Assembly (NCBI GenBank): GCA_034171505.1
Contig: JAXFGC010000027.1
Coordinates: 15,745-79,744 of the forward strand
DNA length: 64,000 bases
Origin: Candidatus Enteromonas sp.
GTDB lineage: Bacteria > Bacillota_I > Bacilli_A > RFN20 > CAG-826
Direction of reading: 5' to 3'
The position numbers were made by a program, and so were the translations under genes. The notes beneath the pieces are model-generated. The model saw only the letters and a list, made by a program, of their open reading frames with translations. It searched no databases and had not been told where the DNA came from. This document shows positions 53,264 through 63,395 of the stretch, one piece after another (position 1 is the stretch's first letter; each line of letters begins with the position of its first letter).

Positions 53264-54832
53264 GTGATGTCTATGACAAAAACCAAATCCAGACGCTTTC
53301 CCCTTATCGCGGCGATTATCCTTGCCGTGGTGTCCATTCTCGTCGTGGTGATTGCCACGGTGGCGGGTTGGATCCCGAGCGATGCCGTGAAGGGAGAATT
53401 CCATTTCGGCACGATAGCCGCTATCAAAGAATATTTTGGATCGTTCATCCCGGATCCCGGACTCGTTGGAGGCACCGGGCGTCTCTGGTGGGCCGCGAGC
53501 CAATCCCCCGCTGGTATGCCGGCGGCGATCTTCACCATCGCGATGCTCGTAATCGGAATCATCTTCCTTGTTATCTCCGCGAAGAAAAAATCCGGACGTG
53601 TGGGCGATAGCATCGTCCTCGTCCTCGTGAGCATTCTCGTCGCTTATCTTGTTTCTTTCCTCGTCAATGGCTACATCCGTGAAGTCGCCGAGCGCGCCGC
53701 CACCTTCTGGCTCATCATCGCCGCCGTCCTCGCGGTGGTCGCTTATCTCCTCTTGCTCATTGAAATCCCCGTTTCCTTCAAATCCAAGAAGGTCGTGGAA
53801 GCCGTTTCCGAAGAGTCCGCTCCTTCCATCGATGAGGACGCTGCCCGCGTCATCGTTGGGGAAGAAATCGACAAACACGTCGATATGGGTGGGGAACTCG
53901 CGACCGAAGAAGTCGTTGCCGAAAAGGCCGATGCCGCTGTGAAAGCCCACGAAGAAGAACGCCATGAGGCCAAAGAAGCGGTCGAGGAAGAACCCGTAGA
54001 AACTCCGGTCGAGGAAGAACCCGTTCCCGAAGTCGAAGAAGAAACCCCCGTCGCGGAAGAAACTTCTGTTGAAGAGCCCAAAGGCGCCAAAACCCTTGGA
54101 AAATACGAAGTCTTCCCCGAGGCCGGATTCTTCAAATACCGTCTTAAGGCCAACAACGGACAAATCCTCTTAGTCTCCAACTCCTATACCACCCAAGCCG
54201 GTGCATTACGCGGCATCGAAACCCTTCGTAAGAATCTGAAAGTCGGAACCCACCGCGTCATCACCGACAAGAAAGGGCGCGGCCAATTCCGCATCTTCAC
54301 CGCCAACGACTCCCGTTTGGTCGTTGCCGGGGAAATCTATCCCGATGCTGCCGGAGCCCAAAAGGCCCTCGATTCCGTCCTTCGCTTCTACATGACGGAT
54401 AAGGTCGTCAAACTCGACGAAATCCCCGAATCCGAAATCCGCGAATGGAAGTTTGACCTCACCGAGGCCAAGGCTTCCGCGAACGGTAAGCTTGAAGTCG
54501 TCTTGGACGAAAACGGCAAGTACATCGGTCGTTTGATCGCTTCCAATGGCGAATTGCTCCTCCTCACTCCGAGTTACGCGAATAAGTCTGGACTCCTCGC
54601 GGGGATGGCCAACATCAAGGAGAAAGCCCTCGCTGGCAACGTCACCGTCGTCTGCGATAAGCAAGGCTCCTACCAATTCAAGATCTACACCGATAACGGC
54701 ATGGTCCTCGTGATGGGCGAAACCTATCCCTCGAGAGACTCCGCGATTTCCGCGGCGCGCTCGGTGAGAAACTTCTTACTCGGCGATCCCAAGGTCATCG
54801 ATTTGACCAAACCGGAAGAACCGGCGCAATAA
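53264..54832 (+). CDS. Membrane-anchored protein with acidic linker and four YegP/DUF1508-type repeats
   Basis: About 5 N-terminal TM helices, then an E/P/V-rich linker. Four repeats match the YegP pattern G.F.F.L.A.NG..I..S..Y....a...gi..v, for example GKYEVFPEAGFFKYRLKANNGQILLVSNSYTTQAGALRGIETLRKN. The true start is probably ATG 53273, about 10 nt after the aggag RBS. Confidence 0.8.
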   Translation: MMSMTKTKSRRFPLIAAIILAVVSILVVVIATVAGWIPSDAVKGEFHFGTIAAIKEYFGSFIPDPGLVGGTGRLWWAASQSPAGMPAAIFTIAMLVIGIIFLVISAKKKSGRVGDSIVLVLVSILVAYLVSFLVNGYIREVAERAATFWLIIAAVLAVVAYLLLLIEIPVSFKSKKVVEAVSEESAPSIDEDAARVIVGEEIDKHVDMGGELATEEVVAEKADAAVKAHEEERHEAKEAVEEEPVETPVEEEPVPEVEEETPVAEETSVEEPKGAKTLGKYEVFPEAGFFKYRLKANNGQILLVSNSYTTQAGALRGIETLRKNLKVGTHRVITDKKGRGQFRIFTANDSRLVVAGEIYPDAAGAQKALDSVLRFYMTDKVVKLDEIPESEIREWKFDLTEAKASANGKLEVVLDENGKYIGRLIASNGELLLLTPSYANKSGLLAGMANIKEKALAGNVTVVCDKQGSYQFKIYTDNGMVLVMGETYPSRDSAISAARSVRNFLLGDPKVIDLTKPEEPAQ

Positions 54833-54841
54833 CATCTGTCT

Positions 54842-54865
54842 GGGGCCGATTTTCGGCCCCTTTTC
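54842..54865 (+). terminator. Intrinsic terminator
   Basis: ggggccg-atttt-cggcccc followed by tttt. Confidence 0.8.
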
Positions 54866-54866
54866 T

Positions 54867-55586
54867 ATGGCCAAAGGAGACAATATGCCACGAATCATTT
54901 TGGTGGGAGGGGGTTCCTCCTCGGGAAAAAGTTACTTAACGAGTCGCGTCATCGAACTCATTGGGGCAGACAAAGTTACCCGGATTACGATCGACGACTA
55001 TTACAAAGACCAAGCGAATATGACCGAAGAAGAAAGAATCGCGGTCAACTACGACCATCCGAAGGCTTTTGATTGGCCGCTCATGCGCCGGCAAATCGCC
55101 GCCTTGAAGGAAGGGCGTACCATCAAGAAACCGATTTACGACTTCGTTCAACGCACCCGTGGGGAAAAGGTGGAGGAAATCACTCCAAAAAGCCTCATTA
55201 TCATCGAAGGCATCATGGCCTTGGTCGATAAGAACATCCGTGACATGGCGGACCTTCGCGTCTTCATCGATGCGGGGGCGGAACGCCGCTTCCTCCGTCG
55301 AATCATCCGCGACTCCAAGGAACGCGGGAGAAGTTTTGAATCCATCGTGAACCAATATTTCTCCACGGTTCAACCGATGTACGATGAAATCGTGAAGCCC
55401 TCCTCAATGTACGCGGACTTAATCGTCAATAACGACGGGGTTGAAAACTTGGCGGTGGAAGTCCTTACCTGCGTCTTCAACGAACAGCTCAATATCGCGA
55501 ATGGAACCTCCGTTCCCAAGGAAGAAGAGGATACCGAGTTCAACGAAGAGGTCCTCGCTTCGGTTTTCCGCGGCGGCAAAAACTGA
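54867..55586 (+). CDS. udk: Uridine kinase
   Basis: P-loop GGGSSSGKSYL, then ...DDYYKDQ...NYDHPKAFD...P.YDF, the typical Udk pattern. An alternative start at ATG 54885 is possible. Confidence 0.85.
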   Translation: MAKGDNMPRIILVGGGSSSGKSYLTSRVIELIGADKVTRITIDDYYKDQANMTEEERIAVNYDHPKAFDWPLMRRQIAALKEGRTIKKPIYDFVQRTRGEKVEEITPKSLIIIEGIMALVDKNIRDMADLRVFIDAGAERRFLRRIIRDSKERGRSFESIVNQYFSTVQPMYDEIVKPSSMYADLIVNNDGVENLAVEVLTCVFNEQLNIANGTSVPKEEEDTEFNEEVLASVFRGGKN

Positions 55587-55651
55587 TTCTCCTGCCTTTT
55601 TCTCCGCTCTTCTAGTGGTATCATTTTCCTAAAGAACGGGAGGATTTTGGG

Positions 55652-56767
55652 ATGCGCTTTTTGCACTTAGGGGATTTGCATCTTGGCAAACGGATGAATG
55701 GCTATTCTCTTTTGGAGGATCAACGGTTCTTTCTTTTTAACGTGGTGCTCCCCGCGTTAAGGGAAAACAATACCAAAGTCGTTTTGATTTCAGGGGATAT
55801 CTTCGATGTTTCTTCGCCTAGTGGAGAAGCGTTGGACCTATTTGACGCCTTCCTCCAGGCTTTGGCGGAAAGGCAGGTTCAATTAATTGCCATTCCTGGA
55901 AATCACGACTCCGCGGAACGGATTCATTACGCCTCTTTCTTCTTGAAAAACAGCGGGATTCACTTCATCACTTCCTTAAAAGAAGCGAGAACGTATATCG
56001 AAATCGAGGGAGTTCGCTTCTATGGCATCCCTTTTAGCCATGGCAGCGATTTTCTGAATGAACTGGAAAATCCTCCAAGCGAATTCCCTGAGCGTTTCCT
56101 AGCTTTCGTGGAAAGCCTGCAGATCGATAAAACGAAAAAGAACGTCTTGCTTCTCCACCAGGCCGTCAGCGATTCCAAAGGAGCGTTATCTTTCGCGGGC
56201 TCGGAAGCCACCTATATTGGATTAAGCGCCTATCTCCCCGCTTCCATTTTCTCCGATTTCACTTATGTGGCATTGGGACATATTCATAAGGCGTATGCCC
56301 CATCCCCCAATTCCTATTACGCGGGCAGTCCTTTGAAGTACCACATCGACGAAGCGAAGGAAAACAAATCCCTCACCTTTATCGACATCGAAGGAGATGA
56401 AGTGCATAGAATCCATGTCCCTTTCTCTCCCCTTCGCGATCTCGTTGAAGTCGAAGGAACTTTCCAAGAGCTCATGGACCATCCCAATCCCAAAGATTAC
56501 GTCGCGGTGACGTTGCTGGATGGAGAAGGCATTGATCATCCCAAGGACCGCCTCCAAAAGGGCGCATACCCTTATATCCTCTGCGTGAAACGAAAGGACA
56601 TCGTGACCTCCTTGCCCCAAGAGCCCGACGGACAGGAATTCACGAACTTGTCCTTGGAGGAATCCTTTGTCTCCTTTTTTGGGGAAACGATGGGAAAAGA
56701 GCTATCCCCCTTCCAAAAGAAACTCATCCATGAGGCGGAACTCTCGTCCAAGGAGGAAGAAGAATGA
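55652..56767 (+). CDS. sbcD: Exonuclease SbcCD, nuclease subunit D
   Basis: MRFLHLGDLHLGK..., ISGDIFD, IPGNHDS and GHIH are the calcineurin-like phosphoesterase motifs of Mre11/SbcD. Confidence 0.9.
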   Translation: MRFLHLGDLHLGKRMNGYSLLEDQRFFLFNVVLPALRENNTKVVLISGDIFDVSSPSGEALDLFDAFLQALAERQVQLIAIPGNHDSAERIHYASFFLKNSGIHFITSLKEARTYIEIEGVRFYGIPFSHGSDFLNELENPPSEFPERFLAFVESLQIDKTKKNVLLLHQAVSDSKGALSFAGSEATYIGLSAYLPASIFSDFTYVALGHIHKAYAPSPNSYYAGSPLKYHIDEAKENKSLTFIDIEGDEVHRIHVPFSPLRDLVEVEGTFQELMDHPNPKDYVAVTLLDGEGIDHPKDRLQKGAYPYILCVKRKDIVTSLPQEPDGQEFTNLSLEESFVSFFGETMGKELSPFQKKLIHEAELSSKEEEE

Positions 56768-59700
56768 AACCGATTCGTTTGACGTTGTCCGCTTTTGGGC
56801 CGTATGGGGGAAAATCGGAGATTGATTTTGACCCATTAAACTCCTCCCTTTTCGCGATTACGGGAAATACGGGCGCTGGAAAAACCACCTTGTTTGACGC
56901 GATTTCCTTTGCCTTGTTCGGCACCCCCAATGGATCTCGATCCCCCGATTCCCTTTTCAGCGCTTTCGCGGAGAAAGACGCGAAAAGTTATGTGGAATTC
57001 ACCTTTGAGATTGGGCGTTCCGTCTACACGGTGAACCGGACCGTCCCAAGCAAGTACACCAACCGGAAAGGCGGAATCTCGGTCCGCCCAAGCGAAGTGT
57101 CTTTGACTTTAGAAGGCGGACGAACGATTTCGGGTTTCAAAAACGTCGGGGACAAACTCAAGGAAATCCTCCCCTTAACCAAAGAACAATTCTGGATGAC
57201 CATCATGATCGCCCAAGGGCAATTCATGCAACTTGTCACCGCGAACACCTCCGAACGTATGGGGGTATTCCGAAGCATCTTAAGCGATTCGGGGGTCCAT
57301 GCTTTCTCGGATTACCTCGATGAAGAGGCCAAACAAAGGCGGGAGGCGGTTTCTTTTGCCTCTACCTCCGCGGCCCAATACTTGGAACATTTTGAAGCCA
57401 GCGACCCCGAACTTGCCGCCTTATTAAAAGACCCCTCCATTTCGGAAATCCTATCCCTTTGTAAACGAGTTCAAGAGGACTTGGAGGTTCAACGGATCGC
57501 CAAAGAGGAATCCGCGAAATCCAAGCAAGAACAAGAGGCCTCGATTCGCGATTTGGAAGAGACCATCCGTCAAAGGGAAACGAACAACAAAGCCCGAAAG
57601 GAATACGACGATAATCTGTTCGAAGAAAAGCGCCTTCAAGAAGAGGAACCTTTGATTGCATCCCTCAAAGAAGAAATACAGAGGAGCAAGAAAGCGGAGG
57701 CGGTCCTTTTATCCTTCCGTTTGTTCTCGCAGGCCAAGAAAGCCTATGAGGATACGGCATCTTCTTTGTCAACTTCGGAAGCCTCTCTTCCTGAAGCCGA
57801 AAAGGCTCTTGAAGAAGCAAAGAAAGCAAAAGAAGAAGAATTGCCAAAACTCGAAAAGGAAGAACGTTCTCTTCGCGAAACCTTATCTTCCTTATCTTCG
57901 ATCGAAAGCAAATTCGAGGAACTCTCTTCCAAAAAGAAGGACCTTGATTCCATTGCGGAAGAAGTTCAAAAGGATCAAGAGGAACTCGATTCATTGAAAG
58001 CGAAAAAGAAACACCTCGCGGATATCCAAGAAGGCTTTGCCAAGGAATACAAGGACTATTCCGGGGAAAGCGAATACTCCAAACTTCAAGCGGAAGAATC
58101 TTCCCTAAAGAAAGCCTTGCAACAAGAGGAGCAAGAATACAAATCGGCGATGGAGACGTATACCCGTTCCCGCGATACCTCTTTCCGTTCCCAAAAAGAG
58201 TACCAAGAGGCGGTAGAGGAAAACACGATTGCCCAGGCCGCGTATACCGCGTATCAACAGATGTATTTTGATAACCTCGCGGGGGTTTTGGCCTCTTCTC
58301 TGCAAGAAGGAACCCCTTGCCCCGTATGTGGTTCGATCTCCCATCCTTCCCCGGCGATAAAAGAAGGAGACGGGATCACCAAGGAAAATTTGGACGCGAT
58401 TGAAAAGAAGGCCAAAGCCAAAGCCGAGAAGGCGGAGAAAGCCGCGGTTCAAGCGGGGAAGGACCATGCGAGTTACGAAGCCGCGATACTTCGAATCAAA
58501 GAGTTGACGACGAAGTATCTTGGTGTCGAATTCGACCCCCTGTCCCCCGTAAATTTGGTTCAAGAACTCCAAAAGAAGCATACCAAAGACTTGGAGGGAA
58601 TCGGGAAGAGAATCAAAGAACTCCAATCGTCTGTTGAAGCCTATAAGAAAGCAAAAACGGAATCCGAATCCGCCTCCAAAGAAGAAAAAGAAGTCGACCG
58701 TCGTTTGGAAGAGGCCAACAAGTCGTTCTTGGAGCATTCATCGAAAAAAGCCTCTTTGGAAACCGAATACACCAAATTGGAAGCGGAAGTCCAAGGACGG
58801 GACGGAGAATCCATCCGAAATGAAATAACAGAAACAAAGTCCAAACTCGATTCCTGCCTTGCCAAAGCAAAAAAGATTCGAGACGACTTTGTGTCCGTTT
58901 CTTCTCATCATTCCTCTTTGATGGGCTCGATATCCTCGTTGAAAGAGACTCTTGCCCGGAACAAGGCTGACCAAGAAACCCAAGAAAAAGCCTATCAAGA
59001 AGCCTTGTCCGTGCACGGGTTCCAAAACGAGGAAGAGGCGCGTTCTTTCTTGCTTCCAAGCAACGAGAAACTCGCCAAAGAAGAACAAATATCCACCCAC
59101 GGTCAACGTCTTTTCGCGGTGCTTCAAGCCTTGGAAAAGGCAAAGAAAGAAAAGGTGGATACCCTTTCGATTCAAGATATCACCCCTCTTGAAGAAGAGA
59201 GAAAGGAAAAGAAAGAACGATACGAAGTTTTCCTGAAGGAATACGATGAAATTCAAAGAAGGTTTGCGACGAACGAATCCTATTGTCGTTCGGCGATGGC
59301 AAGCCTTGAAGGATACGAAACCAAAATCCAAGAAGCCAAGGAAGCCGCGGAAATCGCGGATGTTTGTGCGGGACACGTCAGTGGCGCGGTGAAAATCAGC
59401 TTCGAAACCTATCGCATGCGCCCCCTCTTCCAACAGATTCTCTCCTTGGCGGGTCGGAAGTTCTATCAGATGAGCGATGGGGTCTATTCCTTCCTCCTTT
59501 CGGACTTAACGCAAGCCTCCAAGAAGGATCAAGTCGGCTTGGAAATCTATGTTCAGGACTCCTTAAACGGAGAAAAACGCGAAGTCAAATCCTTAAGTGG
59601 AGGGGAGATGTTTGAAGCCGCCTTGTCCCTTGCCCTTTCCTTCTGCGAGGTCATTGGGGCCACCGCTGGAGGAATCGACATGAACTGCATGTTCATCGAT

Positions 59701-59889
59701 GAAGGGTTTGGATCTCTTGACGCGGATGTTCTCCAACGTGCCATCAAAGTCCTCCAAGAACTATCCTCCACGACCGGAAAAATGATTGGGGTGATTTCCC
59801 ACGTCGCCTTGCTAGAGGAGTCTTTGCCCAATAAACTCGTGGTCACCAAAACCGACCACGGTTCCCATATTGAGCTCCACCAAGAATAA
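56764..59889 (+). CDS. sbcC: Exonuclease SbcCD, ATPase subunit C
   Basis: Walker A GNTGAGKTTLFDAISFALFG, long coiled coils, zinc hook CPVCGS, signature LSGGEMFEAALSLALS, Walker B MFIDEGFGSLD. ATGA overlap with sbcD. Confidence 0.92.
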   Translation: MKPIRLTLSAFGPYGGKSEIDFDPLNSSLFAITGNTGAGKTTLFDAISFALFGTPNGSRSPDSLFSAFAEKDAKSYVEFTFEIGRSVYTVNRTVPSKYTNRKGGISVRPSEVSLTLEGGRTISGFKNVGDKLKEILPLTKEQFWMTIMIAQGQFMQLVTANTSERMGVFRSILSDSGVHAFSDYLDEEAKQRREAVSFASTSAAQYLEHFEASDPELAALLKDPSISEILSLCKRVQEDLEVQRIAKEESAKSKQEQEASIRDLEETIRQRETNNKARKEYDDNLFEEKRLQEEEPLIASLKEEIQRSKKAEAVLLSFRLFSQAKKAYEDTASSLSTSEASLPEAEKALEEAKKAKEEELPKLEKEERSLRETLSSLSSIESKFEELSSKKKDLDSIAEEVQKDQEELDSLKAKKKHLADIQEGFAKEYKDYSGESEYSKLQAEESSLKKALQQEEQEYKSAMETYTRSRDTSFRSQKEYQEAVEENTIAQAAYTAYQQMYFDNLAGVLASSLQEGTPCPVCGSISHPSPAIKEGDGITKENLDAIEKKAKAKAEKAEKAAVQAGKDHASYEAAILRIKELTTKYLGVEFDPLSPVNLVQELQKKHTKDLEGIGKRIKELQSSVEAYKKAKTESESASKEEKEVDRRLEEANKSFLEHSSKKASLETEYTKLEAEVQGRDGESIRNEITETKSKLDSCLAKAKKIRDDFVSVSSHHSSLMGSISSLKETLARNKADQETQEKAYQEALSVHGFQNEEEARSFLLPSNEKLAKEEQISTHGQRLFAVLQALEKAKKEKVDTLSIQDITPLEEERKEKKERYEVFLKEYDEIQRRFATNESYCRSAMASLEGYETKIQEAKEAAEIADVCAGHVSGAVKISFETYRMRPLFQQILSLAGRKFYQMSDGVYSFLLSDLTQASKKDQVGLEIYVQDSLNGEKREVKSLSGGEMFEAALSLALSFCEVIGATAGGIDMNCMFIDEGFGSLDADVLQRAIKVLQELSSTTGKMIGVISHVALLEESLPNKLVVTKTDHGSHIELHQE

Positions 59890-59892
59890 AAA

Positions 59893-59922
59893 AGAGCGAA
59901 CCCATATAGTTGAATTCGCTCT
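59893..59922. terminator. Hairpin between convergent sbcC and the large surface-protein gene (possible bidirectional terminator)
   Basis: agagcgaa (59893-59900) pairs with ttcgctct (59915-59922) and is preceded by aaaaa. It overlaps the stop codon of the minus-strand gene. Confidence 0.5.
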
Positions 59923-62900
59923 AAGGAGATATGGTGACGCTCGTGGATCCGGGTGAAGTTGCCGTCTGAAGTATTGTGCCGTTTTGTACTATGTTCAGGG
60001 TGTAATTACTGTAGTAGAGGAAACACGTTAGTTTCACCTTTGTGGTGGTGGATATCGTCAAGGTATAGGTGCCTAGCAAATCGGTGCTGTCATCGGTATC
60101 CGCAACGTATTGCACTTGGACTTCAAAACTGCTTTGGACCCCCGCGGGATAAGTCAGGTAGAAGTTGAAAATGGTGTTATCTGCCTTATCTTCCGCGTCG
60201 CGATATTCGACCGAACCAAAGGTTCCTCCATACCCGTCTTCCGCTTTGTAAGAGAAGTCGACTTTTGTAATCCAGGTTCCGTAGTTGGTGTCATCTTTGC
60301 ATCCAAGTACCAAAACATAGGTGTCGATGGCACGTAACGCTTCCTCTTTGGACATGCTGGTAAAGTTGGTGAAGGCTGGCCGAGAAGTCAAGGAATTGGT
60401 TCCGCCTTCGAAACGCCCGATGATGTTGCCGTATTTATCAAGGGCGCAATAAGAGGCCGCCATAGTGCCGAATTCTGTTAGGTTATCGACGTTAACGTGG
60501 TAAACCAGGTTGGAAACGCTTTCCTTTTTTCCGTAATTATCTGCCAAGCGAATATTGTTAGTATTGCTCCCACCCTTAATAAACATTGGTTCGGAGGTCT
60601 CGATGAATTTGATTGAAAAAAGTGAAACAGTGACGTATTGAAAATCAATGGTTCCCAATGTGTCATTTGCATCGTCCGAGGCGTTCGAGGTATTTTTGAT
60701 GTACATAACAATCGAACTCGGTGTGTGTGTTGTCGCGTAGAATTTTTCTTTCTTCTCGGGGATTTTGATAGGGTTGTCATCCGCGTTCTCTTTTTGTCCC
60801 GGAATCGCGATGATGTTGATGCCGCGCCAAGAAAAGAAGTCAACGTCGCCCCCCACCAAGTCCATATTTTTGGCTTTGTAGCCACTTAATGTGATGGGGT
60901 TAGTGTCGACAGGATCGCTTCCGTCTGTGGGGCTTGTGTATGCGGGATCGGCAATGTAGGAAGTGGTGGTTTGAGATTCGTCTGGGTAATAACCCGTTGC
61001 TGTAGCGAGCCACGTTTCAGCGGTGTCTTCATCGGAGGGCGCGCTAGCCCCAGAGCCATCATCAATTTTGTACTTGTCGTAGCCAAAAATCGTCTCTTGC
61101 ATTTTGAGGGGTGAATAGGTGGCCACAAGGGTCGCGTATTCGTAGTCAAATTCGGAACCTTCTTCAGCGGTAACAACTTCGCGCCCATAGATGTCATACG
61201 AGGCGTGACCTTGTTTTAAAGAGACGGTGTCGCCCGCCACGTAAGCATCGCCGGGATTTAACGTAACACTATTGGCGGAAGACGAGGATACTTCAATGAG
61301 GCCTTGTCCTTTAGAGAAGGTACAAGAAGTTGTCGCAAGATTGCTACATTCTATATTTGTTTGAGGATCAACAGTAATGGTATTTTCATTTGCCGTTGTA
61401 GTGGAGCCATAACCAGCGATGTAGCGATAAGTTACTGTGTTGCTACCAAAAAGCGAGTATTTTATCGCAACCGAGCACTCAAGCCTGACGGAAAAAGAAT
61501 GCGTGCCGGGGGTTAATGAATAGGAAAAAACATCGGTCATGGCGTTTACCGAAAGGTAGGCGTAGTCGTCACCCCGGCTTTTGTTCACCGAGAACCATCC
61601 CGCGTCTGTGACGTTTCCGCTAAAGAGAGTTTGTTGATCGTTATTGTTATTATCGACTTGAAGGTAAGCGGTTAGGGTCGCGTTTGAAATTGAGGCGTTT
61701 CTAAAGAAATAATCGGAGGCATCGATGGTCACAGGACTCACCGCAGGGAAAGAAAAATTGACCACCGCTGGCATATCCGTTCCATTGCCGTCTCCGTCTG
61801 TACCCATCTTGAGTTCGACATATTTCCATTGCTCCCCAGAAAGGTCATAGTAAACGTATTTGCCGGTCACGAAATTTCGATTATCGGCGTTGCTTGGTTT
61901 CAGGTCGACGAGGGCTTGATACAGTTCGGTAATGCTTGTTTCGGTTCGAACTTCAACTTCCCCCACTTCTTCGTATTCCACCTCGGATTCGCCTGTTCCG
62001 GTTCCTTCTTTTTGAATAAATCTTTTTAGGGGAGGAATCTCAACGTAATTGTCATTGGCGTCTTTATAGAACGCTTGATAGTGCTTCGTTTCAAAAACGG
62101 ATGGGTAACCATAGGTTCCTAGGGTGGATAATGAGTAGTTATGCTTGGCGCCGGTCGCTTTTGGTGAGTCTCCGTTAAGCGTGTATGTAGTGGTGTTAAG
62201 CACAGATTCGTTGAGGGTATAAGTCACGGCGTTTTCTAGGGTAGCGCTGTTGCCGCTTTGCAAAACAAGCGGAGCTTCCCAATAGGAAACGGCCTCTTCT
62301 TCGGAAACGGGGTCGCCCATGGGATTGCCGTCTGGCCCAACGGCATAGAAAGTATAGGAAAGCAGAGAGGAATTCCAAACATAGGTATACCCATCTCTCA
62401 TAACAGGTTTTTTAGATTCGGATGCTGCTGCGGTTGCCGCTTCTTCGGTTCGGCGGGTGTAAACGGGTTTGCTTTTATCGGTGTCATAGGCGCCTGCGAA
62501 GTATTGGTGCGTGGCGTCCGCGCTTAAGGTGAACTCGTAGTTGCTCCCGATTCCGCTTTGTCCACCTAAGGAGTCCATGTTGACGTGACCATAATAGCCA
62601 TAACGGTCGGTGATATTGGATGTGGTGGAATCAAGCTCGCCTTTTAATGTGCACGAATTGACGTATACGTTTGTGAAATTTTTCGAGTCGTAAAGGTGTC
62701 CGCATAAAAAGCCAAAATAGCCATGGTCTTCTTGACCGCTTGCGTGTTCCGCGTGTGAATCGGAAACCGCCATGGGGCTCGCTTTGCTAACGTCGATCGT
62801 GAAAGAGGAGAAGTAGAGGTTCTCACAGGTGCCCCTTTCGCCGACATAGCCAAAGATACCCAAATCCCCATAACCTTCTCCGCCGACGGTGAAATTCTTG

Positions 62901-63394
62901 ATGGTGATGCTATTTCCCTTAATGTGGTTGGAGAAAGGGTTTGCGGTGGAACCAAGGGGTGGCAAAATATCGATCGCGTTGAGATTCAGGGTTCGGCTTG
63001 TCTTCTGGTCTTGTTGTGCCTTGCCTTCATCGTCGTAATTGTAGACAACATAGTCTCCGGTTCCGCCGATTTGTTTCCCAATTTCAAAGTAGTACTCTTT
63101 TGGGTTTTCGGTGTCGTTTCCGGAAAAGCCCGGCATCGCGTAATGGAGTTTTGCCAAATTTTCCCAATGTTTGGGACGGGTGATAACGAAGGGGTTTTGT
63201 TCCGATCCGTATTCATAAGCGCTGGCCCCTTCATAATCGACTTTGTCGAAATAAGAGGTCAGAACGCTGCCGGAGAGGTTATCGAATTCCACGAATCTCG
63301 CGGTGGTGAACCACGCCAAAGATAGGCCGAGAGTGCCGACGAGGGTAATCGTAAACAAACTGCCAAGGGCGATGGCGAGACGGGACTTTTTCAT
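59921..63394 (-). CDS. 1157-aa secreted/surface protein, N-terminal signal-anchor, beta-rich, unknown function
   Basis: MKKSRLAIALGSLFTITLVGTLGLSLAWFT... Composition is rich in T/S/N/Y/G. The N-terminal region has GLUG-like segments (GDLGIFGYVGERGTCENLYF, YFGFLCGHLYDSKNFTNVYVNSC). Confidence 0.8.
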   Translation of the reverse strand: MKKSRLAIALGSLFTITLVGTLGLSLAWFTTARFVEFDNLSGSVLTSYFDKVDYEGASAYEYGSEQNPFVITRPKHWENLAKLHYAMPGFSGNDTENPKEYYFEIGKQIGGTGDYVVYNYDDEGKAQQDQKTSRTLNLNAIDILPPLGSTANPFSNHIKGNSITIKNFTVGGEGYGDLGIFGYVGERGTCENLYFSSFTIDVSKASPMAVSDSHAEHASGQEDHGYFGFLCGHLYDSKNFTNVYVNSCTLKGELDSTTSNITDRYGYYGHVNMDSLGGQSGIGSNYEFTLSADATHQYFAGAYDTDKSKPVYTRRTEEAATAAASESKKPVMRDGYTYVWNSSLLSYTFYAVGPDGNPMGDPVSEEEAVSYWEAPLVLQSGNSATLENAVTYTLNESVLNTTTYTLNGDSPKATGAKHNYSLSTLGTYGYPSVFETKHYQAFYKDANDNYVEIPPLKRFIQKEGTGTGESEVEYEEVGEVEVRTETSITELYQALVDLKPSNADNRNFVTGKYVYYDLSGEQWKYVELKMGTDGDGNGTDMPAVVNFSFPAVSPVTIDASDYFFRNASISNATLTAYLQVDNNNNDQQTLFSGNVTDAGWFSVNKSRGDDYAYLSVNAMTDVFSYSLTPGTHSFSVRLECSVAIKYSLFGSNTVTYRYIAGYGSTTTANENTITVDPQTNIECSNLATTSCTFSKGQGLIEVSSSSANSVTLNPGDAYVAGDTVSLKQGHASYDIYGREVVTAEEGSEFDYEYATLVATYSPLKMQETIFGYDKYKIDDGSGASAPSDEDTAETWLATATGYYPDESQTTTSYIADPAYTSPTDGSDPVDTNPITLSGYKAKNMDLVGGDVDFFSWRGINIIAIPGQKENADDNPIKIPEKKEKFYATTHTPSSIVMYIKNTSNASDDANDTLGTIDFQYVTVSLFSIKFIETSEPMFIKGGSNTNNIRLADNYGKKESVSNLVYHVNVDNLTEFGTMAASYCALDKYGNIIGRFEGGTNSLTSRPAFTNFTSMSKEEALRAIDTYVLVLGCKDDTNYGTWITKVDFSYKAEDGYGGTFGSVEYRDAEDKADNTIFNFYLTYPAGVQSSFEVQVQYVADTDDSTDLLGTYTLTISTTTKVKLTCFLYYSNYTLNIVQNGTILQTATSPGSTSVTISP

Positions 63395-63395
63395 A

